DNA of 64,000 nucleotides from assembly GCA_002633005.1 (NCBI GenBank), contig NMRA01000226.1, forward strand, positions 3,728-67,727, in the 5' to 3' direction. Shown here in pieces: positions 1 to 11,200 of this stretch. Made by a program: the position numbers and the translations under genes. The DNA comes from Phoronis australis (taxonomy: Eukaryota; Animalia; Phoronida). The first letter of the stretch is position 1. Every line of letters starts with the position of its first letter. Below the pieces are notes generated by a model that was not told where the DNA came from, searched no databases, and worked only from the letters and a program-made list of their open reading frames with translations.

Positions 1-1137
1 GGATTGCAAGTTGTCGTGTTGGCGTTTATTACTGAGCGTTCTGTTTCAAAATGAATTATTCTCACCCTAACCAATATAAAACTGAAGCAAAGTCTGTCTC
101 ACTAGATGTAATTTGTAATGCCTTTGGAGTGTTCGTGAGTGCAAATTATTTGAGAAGCCAGCAATGAATAAATCACCGCGTTACCGGATTTAGGTGCAAC
201 AAAACTTGACGGGATACCGACTGGCCGTGTGAGCTCATGCGGCCATGTTAATTTAGTGTTTGCTGGCAGAAACTGTTGTGAAACAACTCGATTTCCATCC
301 CACGGCCAGGTTTTAGGGGAATCTTTATTTACATTTACATTACTCAAATAATTATTGTCAATGTACAACTTCTGCCCTGACGGTGCTGTGGCCAAAGCTG
401 AAACTGAATTCGCGGCCCCCGACGAGTAAGTAGATTTGCAGTTCCGTGGCTAATTTACCAACATAATCACGTGCACATTACTTTGGCTTACTAGTATAAT
501 ATTTCCTTGACTGAAAGTTTAGTTTCCACTGAACTTTTGCTGGTTTATGTTCGTGATGTCTGATCAGTTTCCGAGCCACTGGCCGGGGTAACGGCGGAGT
601 GACTCTGGCCGGCCGCGACGTGCCTGATCGGGCTCCGACCCACTGTAACAAGCGTTTTGTGTTTAGAACTCAAAAAATCTCAAGTCTAAGCAACACAGAT
701 CTAGGTTCTCCTGTCTGTATCTCACGGAAAATACTTCGAAATTATCTCCGAACAGACCCCAAACTCCTGCAACGGACCTTATTGGCCTGCCGAACTTTGT
801 AGGCTACGGTGTGTCCAAATACCAATAAATCCGTAGGAGGGAAATAAAATAACACGTTTTTATAAAAACTCGGTGTATTTTCAAGGGTTTTATATCGAAG
901 TTTGACGATTTATTGGTGTTAAACGATGACTTCAAGCGATAAGCTGACACCAGTAATCCGTGTTGTGAACTGCTGAACAGACTGCGTGTGAAACCGATGA
1001 CGTCATTGGATAATTTCAACGCCTCCGTCTGCAGTCAGGTGTCAGGTAACGCAACCGTACGTGTCATTATGGAGTAGAACTACTCGATCTAAATTGATAC
1101 AAATTAGGTTGTTTTTTTGGGTGGAATGCTCCTTTAA
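1..1137 (-). mobile_element. Interspersed non-autonomous DNA element (TTAA-AGG end, Kolobok-like); reverse copy of 44727-46275
   Basis: The reverse complement aligns by eye with 44727-45318 and 45786-46270 (e.g. TTAAAGGAGcATTCCACCCAAAAA, GTTGAAATTAtCCAATGACGTCA, TTGCACTCACGAACACTCCAA). Confidence 0.75.
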
Positions 1138-1430
1138 TGTAATAAGAAAGATCAACTTACGGTTACACGGGCCCCTGTAGGTGGTCAGTATTCTCCTAAC
1201 TGGAAAAAATAAAGCAAAACTAATAAGACATTCTCAAGTATAGCCATCTTGACCAAGACTTATCCCCCACCCACTGTACTCAGTACGACAAACACTGATA
1301 TGAGCTTTCTAATAAAGCTATTGGCGTGGCCAGGTGAAGTCCCTAACACATCCTACAAACATCCCCCCCTCTCCCGCCACAATTATTTACACCACCTGCC
1401 ACATTGTTCTGCTAGTTGAAATTGATCTAA

Positions 1431-1930
1431 AAGCCCTTTTGTACTTAATTTCGGTCTGAGCAGAGTGTCGACATAAACTGGAAAGTTAATCGAACCGTTT
1501 TTACCGGCTTTGGATGTCTAAGTAAACTGTAGCTGATGATGTTGTCATCGAAGTAATAGCAACGTAGTGCAGATGCAACACTTGTACACCAGGATTTTTT
1601 AATGTGATAATTTGGGAACATTGACATGTGCTAATGGACACAAAAACCTATTTCTAATTCGATTAGTGACTACTCGAGCAAAATATGAGCAGCTTTTAGC
1701 GACGACATTACCCTGTAATTGTCGATGATAGCAGTGGCCCCTGACAATAACTTCTTCGATGTAACCGAAGTTAATCATTCATACTACCGTACACCACAGC
1801 ATCGACGCTCCGCTTGTCTACTGTGAAGTCAACTGGCACAGTTAACTTCGATTCAGGACCGTAGTTAACCATCCATACTGACTGCAACTCCCCAAAACAT
1901 CGCCATGTCGACGTTAGAATGAAAGGGCCT
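1431..1930 (-). mobile_element. PIF/Harbinger-like MITE; reverse copy of 45319-45785
   Basis: Ends AAGCCCTTTT...TGAAAGGGCCT; the interior matches the reverse complement of 45319-45785. Confidence 0.7.
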
Positions 1931-3801
1931 TACCAGTTTTAACTACATGTTAAAACACTAACATGGTGTAACTAGTCCGGGTCAGCGTGAATCAGTACTA
2001 CTACTAGTACTAGTAGTATTAGAACAAAAACTGAACAGCTGATCGAATTGTAGCCAGCCAGCTAGCTGTATGATGACTGTATATTATACAGCTTTGTACC
2101 AAGGCTAATCGAATTGAGGCTCTTCAAAATGATTCGGGTCCGATGTATGCTGACTGAGATCAGTCACCCATCAGTGAATGCTCTAAACGTGTATACGAGT
2201 CATTGAACATTTCACAAACAGCACACTTACTGACTTATACTTGTCCATCCAAAGCCTGGTATTGTTCATTTGTTGTAATGTAAAACCTTCACGAGTTCGA
2301 ACATTCAGTCTTGTCCTCATTGTTTCTCACCTATCGAACGAGTCGATTACAGGTACAAGGTTTGTTGGTAATGCCGCTTTTTGTACTGGCTAACACGTCT
2401 TTTTCTGAATCTCGTAGAGCAGGACGACTGCGTTTCGCCTTCGGACGTACACTTCATAGATCTACCTCTCCCCGCCATTTGTATAAATTCTGTTGACCTC
2501 TTGATCTGTGGCTGCGCATGCGTTATTGTAATGTTTATAATCTATTTAGCGGTCGGGATACTAAATTCTTTGCAAACATTTCATTCGTTTGTAGTATTTA
2601 CAACGATTTTTTTCAAACTTTTTGCACCAGTTGAAAGTTAATAACTTTTTGAACTCCATGTCACATCAAAAAACCGGCTTAAACGGCGTTAAGAGGTTTT
2701 TTCTTCTATAACTCGGACCATAGGCCTTTAAACACAGCAAGTGCCTTTCTTAACGCAAAAACGTTAAATAATTGCCAGCCGGCGTATCTTGTCACCAACA
2801 TCGTAAAACCTGGTAGTATCTATGAATATTTTATGAAAAGGTTTTAACTACCAACATTTTAGTAATTTCATAAATACTGTAGACCCGTCTTCATCACACA
2901 AGAGTAACTTAGTGACTCAGACCAGTTACTCTTAAAGAATTACTCTCAAATTGCATCTTAGTCAAATTAAAGTTGATTCCAGTACTTACGAAAAGAACTG
3001 ACGAATGGCTATTGTTGGAGACCAAGCTTTACAAGTTGCCTTGTCTCCGCGTGGCAAACCTAGAAATCACTTTTTATGTGAGTAAGTAACAAGACGGGAC
3101 AAATTTCTTGGACGGAGCGGGGGTTATAGCTATCGATTGGCAGGGAACAACAAAATGATGCCAGACCAAATGTCCGAATAATCTAGTTGGTTTTAAAAGT
3201 GCATGACCTCGTCCATATGACCAGGCCTTATGTATACTTGGGCAATAACTACTAAATCTGCGGAAATTGCGCATTATCTGAAAAAATGCACACATTCCGG
3301 CGTTATAGCAACTTAAACGTGACGCTAGGACGTTTGGCTGTTTTGTTGTAAATTCATTAAAACTTGTTTTAGACATGTTCCTGACGGTCGTCAGTACCAA
3401 TTTGTGTGGTCGTGTCTGTAGGCGAACCCCTTTCCCCCTGAATTTACCAGACCATGTTTGAGGCGAAACGCGTAAAACAGGACATTTTGCTACTTTAAAC
3501 GAAAAAAATAAGTCTTAACCTAGTAATATTTTATATTTCAGACAGTAAGTCTTGTCACGATCGCAGTTTTCCATTCCTGTTGGTCGTTATCTACACAGTC
3601 AACATTTGTTTTGGTCAAGGTTGATCTGAACTTTGGAAACCAGTGTTCTTTTCGGACAATGTTGCGACCCAAAACTGACTTCGTCAATCAGACATTGGAT
3701 TTCACGAGGTGAAACTACAGTATTGTTGCTTGCTAGTTTTTACAACTGTATGCACGTTTCTCTATTTACTGATACAAATTATGTTAAAATGGTTTTTACA
3801 G

Positions 3802-5236
3802 CAGCCTGAAACCCAAGATACGAATGACAACTTTATTGTTTCAACAGACGTGGGACAGCTGTCGTTCAATGTCTCGAAAGTAATAAACAGGGTAGAGCAC
3901 GAGTCCAAGGCCAGACAAAGCCTCAGTCGTAACAACATTTCTGAAAACACAAATGTACCAGTGCCCAAGATCACTGTGTACGAAGCAAATACGAATTACA
4001 ACGCTTCTAATCAAGTGATCTCCGGTGCGAGTTCCAATTCGAAGAATGTTTTGGTGGATGCAACCGTGTCTGGAGATACAAACACACGCAAACACAACTT
4101 TTGTGGAGGTTGCGGAATTTGTACGGACGTTTATGGATCCAAAAACATAAATATGAACTACATCAAACAACCAACAAACAACTTTGCTACTGATGCTCCA
4201 ACCGCTACTAGGCAGAAGAATGAACATGAAAGCATCGAAGAAAGATGCGCGTTTTGGACAGCCGAAAAACCAAAGGAGGATCAAATCCATGACTTGATAT
4301 CACAGATTTGGTTGAAGGGCTCGCCTAGTCGAAATGGCAGTGCCAAGGAAAGGGAAAACCGTTTCAAAACTGAATTTGGATACACACCACAAGTCAGTTT
4401 ACGTTTGGGGAAAGACATGGACATCACTGAAAATTTCATTCCCTTGGGAGACGAAGAAAGGAAGTGGTGTGACGTCATTGTTGCTATGTTTGACAAGCGA
4501 GAACAGGAGACGGCAGACGATGTTTCAGCAGAGCAGTTGGATTTTTTTAGAGAAATAGTCACTCCAAATTCTAATTTTATGTCATCTAGTGACAGCGACG
4601 ACTATTCTTGTAACGATAGTGATAGCGAAGAGACGGCCGAAGAGATCCCATTCGACCAACCGACGATCGAAAATAATTTGTCTGCACCCACCTCTGAGCA
4701 AGACGACCTCATGTTGCTAAGTTATTGTAAAACGTTTGAAGAGAACTTATACGGGAGGCGGCTTATGGAAAAGGATGTTGCTTCACCGCACCAATCTTCC
4801 ACAGAAGCGAATTTCAAAGAGGGAAACGAGCAAGAAGCTTCAACCCAATATTTTAAGTCTTTCAATCCTCATGACTTTGTCACTACTGAGAGTATGGCTG
4901 ACAAAGAAAATACAACAGGGGAAATATTTGATGCTACAAAGGCCAGTCTTCAGTGGAATGAAAACGCTCGATTTCGTAAAAACAAAGTGCTAACCGTGTA
5001 CGACAGCGGGGTAGCAGATACTCCCGAGGCGAGACTCCAACGGGCATCCGTGCAGTACTTGCGCGCGCAAAAGGACCGCGTGAGCAGAAGTCCAACAGGT
5101 ACAAAGCAACACTCGCTGTCCAGTACAGGAGAAAAAAACCACCCACCCTCTCGTCAGCGTATGTGTACTGTAGCCAAGGAGTCTCTGGGTAACTGGCTTA
5201 GAGAAGAACTTGCAATTCATGCAACGGCCCCTAGAG
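3802..5236 (+). CDS. Channel gene: large exon encoding a low-complexity, acidic N-terminal region
   Basis: Lies within the 524-aa ORF 3709-5283. Donor AG|GTGCGT at 5236/5237 is phase 1 and joins in frame to the 7134 exon. The left boundary (TTTTTACAG at 3801, or ATG at 3781) is a guess. Confidence 0.65.
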
Positions 5237-8200
5237 GTGCGTGCTTCAACACGAAAGTGATTTTTAAAACGTTTCTACAATAGATTTTTGCACTTTTTGA
5301 GGTTTTGGACCGTGTATAATAATTTATAACATAACTAAACAAGCACTTATTTTGGGAAATGATTGAGGAATTTGAATTTTAATGAAAAATAATGAATTTT
5401 TTTGGTTTCCAACCATTTGATGTCATCACTTCAATACGTTGATCTGTTGACAAGCTGAAGTTAGGAATTTAACAAGCCATGTTATACATGGCCAATACAA
5501 ACGTTAAATAAACCCATTTAGTTATTCATAGTGCGTTGAATAACATTTTGGTGGAACCGAGGCCGGTATCGAAACCGCTTTGCAAGATTTTCGGGACGTC
5601 GACTTAACCGCTGCGCCACTCTGTAGCCCACATCATAGAACGCGGAAATAAGATACTCAAAGGAAAGCGCAATAATCGCATGTTCAACAAACGGTATTGT
5701 GCTGACATTTATACCTACGACATGAAAAATAAGACGCAAAATGTCAATGAAAACATCATATTTAATTCAGTAAAAGTTACGTGTCATTTTCCCTCGCTTG
5801 TAAATCATCGATCTCCAGTTTGAATGCGGGTAACGGGTCGTACTAGTTAGTGGTAACCTGCTTTAGCAAACAATATTTTGACGGTGAAAGCTTAGCATGA
5901 AAAGATGTGTAGTAAGCTAGATTAGTTGCTTTAAATTAATTTATAGATTCACTTTATTTCTATTATGTTTTCAATTGGTTTTCAATAAAAACATTTTTTT
6001 AACAAGAATAATTCGGCGTTTCTTAAAAGGTCACGACCTCCGACCCCGGCCTCTGACATAGAACGTAGGTACAAAGCCGAGGCGAGTCGAGAAAGGAAGA
6101 TCGATTCATTACTTGTTGCAATGTTTATCGTTCAGTATGTGATATAAATAGATTACTACATGTTCTCAGTCGTTATCCCCCTTATCTAGAGCCCTCGTTG
6201 ATTTTGTAGAATTATCGCCCGAGGGTCTCTAGATTACGGAGGATAATGACTTCGCCATGTAAATAGAGAATCCTACACTCGTCTCAGATTTATGACATGG
6301 GCAAAACCTCTTTGGAAATTTCGTCAAAAGCCCGAGGCTTGCTGAGAGATTTTGACGAAATTTTCAAGTGGTTTTGTCCTTGTCATAAATCTGAGACGAG
6401 TGTAGGATTTGTTTTCTCACATGAACCTTAAAAATGATATTTTTTACCGAAAAACTCAGTGTCTAAAAATTTCAATCACATGACGCAACTTTTGTAAAAA
6501 CACGCTTGCGCAATGTAAAGTAATTCAGTTACTTGTTGTTAATAGTTTTATTTTAAGATGAACAACTGTAAATTGCATTCAGCTTCCGCAGCAAATATTC
6601 AAGTTAGAATCCAAGATAGTATTTGAAGCTGCAATATTAAAACTTAAAAAATGTTTAGGGAGCAATGCTTCCCCGCATTTCTTGAGTTGGGTTTCATCTC
6701 CGTTTGAATGAAAATGGATACGGAATTCGCCACCAAAGATGGGTCCGTTTAAGAAGTTGTTTACATGTCCTTCCGACTGGGAGTGCGTAACGTTGCACAC
6801 CCGATTTGTCAATCACAACCTTGTCACCTTCTCGGCATTCCGGCATTGTTTGGTTGGCGCGCATTTGGTTGTTTCATTGTTTTGCAGACGATAAGGCGTA
6901 ATGCGTATGGATTTCTACTTTGCACTACTTTGTGATTCGCCCATGTAATATCAAAAAATTACGTACTCGGTGTTATTAACCAGTCGTGTCGTAACACATT
7001 CTAGGTCATGTGAGAATAATCTATATTTATTGCTGTAGGAATACACTGTAACCGCGACAGGCTAAGTTAATTCTCAAAACTCCCAAATAGAAAAGTTCCT
7101 CCAGTTTGCATTGACGTCATTTTTTACTTTTAGATTCAGATCACTTCTTTAAAGATTCGAGAACTCCGTCATCAGGAACCGCAATGTGGAAGTGTTTGGA
7201 TGATCTAGAGAAGTGGAATACATTTGTGGTCATTCCCCATCATAACCGGCGATACAAGTACTTCAGACACTGTCTCGTCTTCCTTGGATTTGTGATGAGC
7301 ATTCTACAGATTTACTGGGTATGAAGTCCGTCTTATATAGCAAGAATTGTCATTCAAGAATGTATGAACAAGAAAAAGATATCTCTTTTGAAACATTTTG
7401 TCTGTAAGTCAGATATGTAGATCCATTATAATCTTCTGGTTTTCCAGATGGCTTTTGCGCAACCATATCCATCCGAAGCCTTGTTTTACACCACCAGTTT
7501 GGTGTTCTACTTTGAGGTGAGCCAGTTAAGACCTATAATTTGCTAAATCTTTCTTGTATAAGAGAGCAGTTCTTCGAATTATCAATCGTATCAGTTCTTG
7601 CAATGTTCTATAATGGCTGCATGCCTATAGTGCACTTAGGCGCGACATCCTCTTACAGATTTTCATAAAGTTCCATCTCAGCTTCCAAGACAGTAGTGGT
7701 TTAAACTGCGAGATATTCCGTGCCGTTTACCGGAAGTACTTGTTCTCGTACAACGGATTCTGGATTGATGTGTTGAAGGAATTTCCCTTCGAGATTGTTG
7801 CCGTTTTATTTCCTACCGGTGACACGCGGCGATACTTGCTGATATACTTACGTGTCAATAGGACTCTTCGAATTGTACGTAGTGTCCAGTACGTGCAAGA
7901 ATGGGAGTCGGAGCTCAATATAAAGTAAGTCTTAGTTTGATTCACGTGAGCTTAAATTTACAACGTGTTAGTTTAATAAAACGCTCGGACTCGAGCACAT
8001 TTGTTAAACAATGCACGAAATGTCATTGCAACCTTTTTAATTTTTAACGTTCTACCAAAACCTTCTATCCAATGTATTAAAAATTTAAAGCGTTGAATTT
8101 AAACCTAAAGCGTGCTTTCACACGAAAAATTTAAAACGTTTTATTTGAAATATTCTGGCAAACATTTCAAACTACTAGTGTGAGTCATAATATATCTTAA

Positions 8201-11200
8201 CGTGTTATAAAAAGTTAANGTCAACCGATAAATATTTGTGTGAAGCCCACAGCACACGACCACTTGTCACCGACAACAAGAGCTAGTGCGACCACTGCCG
8301 AGCGTTGCCAGCGACAATCCTGCGCAAACTTGATGTTATCGAAAGACATGTTCAGCGGTCATTTTAAACACATTTCTTGCTCTTAACCCAAGAGGCAAAA
8401 CCAATAACTGATGAGCAATATTCACGGTCAGTGGTTACTGTTGTGTCACGTGAGTTAATTCCGGCGTGCTATTTTCCAACATTAGGGTTGGCAAACTCTA
8501 ATAAAATCAACGATACTCAGAAGTGTTTTGACCTGCTGAGGATATGCATGTTCTTTTTTTAACATGGAACAAGACTTATTATATGTGTAAATATAATCTT
8601 TTTCAGTGAAGCGCAGAATATGGTGAAAGTAGTGTATTCCGTTTTATACAGCATCTTTTTATCACATCACGTGACCTAATGAATATAAGTCCGAAAAGAT
8701 TTCTGCCCCCGACCGAGATTGAACGGGATAAAGTACTTGCAATATATCCCACGCCTCACTGAAAAAGATGATATTTACACACACAATAGAGATCATGGGC
8801 TTACTGACGGTAGCAAGGTGTGATAAAGTGGACTGTTGGAATTAGCGACTCACTATGGAGACGAGATCTCAGGTAAAGGAGTTGATGGCCCTCGGACAAG
8901 AAATGGGTCTGCAGGGAGACGACATTAGACAATTTGTGGAAAACAACAAGCTTGAGATCCGTGCTGAGGCTGAGGCTGAGGCGGAGGAGAAAAGACAAGC
9001 ACGAGAGGAAGAGGTTGAGGAGAAGGCAAGCCCGTGAAGCCGAGCAACAGATGGAGAGAGTAAGAATGGAGCACGAGAGGGCGCTAGCAGCACTTAAAAC
9101 TGAACATGTTGTAGCGGAGGGTGGCCATGTTAGTCCAACTGGTGGCGTAAAGCCGAAGCTACCCAAGTTTGATGAAAAGCAGGATGATATGGATAACTTC
9201 CTGGAAAGGTTTGAAAGATACGCCGACAGCCAGGGTTGGAGCCAGTCGAATGAGCAATTAGTCTCAGTCCCCTGTTAACAAGTAAGGGCCTGCAGGTTTA
9301 CACTAGCCTTTCAATGGCTGATGCACTAGACTATGCTACACTCAAGAAGAGGGCCTTACTGAAGCGGTATGAGCTGACGAAAGGGGGCTTTCGCAGACAG
9401 TTCCGGGAAGCGAGGGCTGAGAGGGGTGAGACAGCTTACCAGTTTGCGGCCAGCATACAGCGCGACCTAGACAGGTGGATCGACATGCCTGACTGTGGCA
9501 AAGACTGAGTTGAGAGACCTGTTAGTGCGTGAGCAATATGTGAACACCTGTACTAAAGACTTGGCCCTGTTCCTGCGAGAGCGGATACCCAAGTCTGTTC
9601 CAGAGATGGTCGGCTTAGCAGAGAAATATATTGAGGCCCACGGAGTGGACATAACAAGCACTTGGAGAATCGACCAGAAGAAAATTGACCTCGCAGAGGC
9701 AACGTGTTTCTTCTGTCACAAATCTGGACACCTGGATACCGACTGTCGGTAGCGGACTCAAGGGAAGCAACACCAAAAGTCATCAGCGGTCAGCCACCGA
9801 CGTTCCCATAGTAAGGGAAAGGAGTCGGTGAAGCGTGCTGACCCTGAATGCGCCTTCAAAGGAAAGCTGCGCCTGAAGGACGGGTATGTTGGCACGAAGA
9901 AGGTCTCAGTGTGGAGAGACAGACGGCACAACCATTGTGGTTCGATCCAGTCTGGTCGAACCAGGAAATATGACATGCCAGACGAAGCCATGCGAGTTGG
10001 CGTACTCTACCAAGAGGTGGCTGCCTGTCGCCAAGATCAACATCAAGACATCGTACTACACAGGAAAAGTGTTTGAGATGTGCATGGAGCGTCCAGTGGC
10101 CGATTTGATTATCGGGGATGTACCTGGCGCCTTGGACCCAGGGGATGTTGAGTGACAGCAGACGGCAACTACTGTCAGGGAGGACGGTACGGGCAATAGC
10201 CTGGTGGAGGGTCCGAAAGATGACTCTCAAAAGGGTACTACTTTCCAAGAGGAAAACCCAGTGACCTCAACTCCAGGGGGAGAAGAATTGGCCGTCGTGT
10301 TCGTAGGAACGGATCCTGATGAATCCAGCGGGGAAGCGGTAGCAGTGACTACCAGGGCTCAGGCAGAGCGACAAAAAGCGGATTTGAAGCCGCTAGCTGT
10401 ATCTCCGACCATACAAGAGGTGGAACTAAAACAGTTTAAAGAAGCCCAGCATGAAGATTCATCAATGAAAAAGCTGTGGGAGCAAGCTGAATCCAAGGTT
10501 TCGCGACAAACCAAAGGCAATGGGTCATACGTGATGGAGATTCAACGAGGAATACTCTATCGGATGTTCAAGAAGAAAGACGGTGACGAGGTGAAACAAG
10601 TTGTGGCGCCGAGCAGTTTACGGAGGTCCGTGCTGAGACTCGCTCATGAGTCTATACTCGGTGGACACCTCGGTGTTAGAAATACAACATACCGTATCAC
10701 CAGCAATTTCTATTGGCCAGGAGTGGCATCAGAAGTGACAAGATTCTGCAGATCATGCGAAATATTCTAGAAGACAATCCCTAAAGGTTGAGTAACCAAG
10801 GTACCCCTAGGAGAGATGCCTTTGATAGAGGAGCCTTTCCAAAGGATCGCCATTGATCTGATTGGCCATATAGCTCCAGTTTCTGACAAGGGAAACAGAT
10901 ACATCTTCACGGTGGTAGATTTCGCCACCAGGTACCCAGAGGCAGTGGCGTTACCGAAGATTGAGACAGAGCGTGCGGTTGAAGCATAATTAGAGGTCTT
11001 CACGGGAGATCCTAAGTGATCGTGGAACGCAGTTCACAGCGGTTATGATGAAGGAGGTCAGCAGGCTTGTGAGTGCACAGCAGCTGTATACGACCCCTTA
11101 CAATCAACGCTGTAACGGGCTCTGTGAAAGAATCAACGGTGTACTACTAGCCATGCTGAAGAAGATGTGTCAAGAAAGACCAAAAGACTGGGACCGGTAT

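Noticed and set aside
3659-3708. ATG exon MLRPKTDFVNQTLDFT as the channel start
   Set aside because: Its phase-2 donor does not fit the good acceptors at 3801, 3804 or 3847; only a weak AG at 3890 fits.
3709-5283. 524-aa ORF as a standalone orphan gene
   Set aside because: It begins at GTG in intron-like sequence and has an in-phase donor linking it to the channel exons.
6840-6945. Possible tyrosine-recombinase C-terminal remnant (HKS...YA..S..Q) on the minus strand
   Set aside because: Needs a frameshift and a stop over a very short stretch; not distinguishable from chance.
8200-8854. 5' LTR of the Gypsy element
   Set aside because: No similarity to 13266-13922, and no PBS or TSD found.
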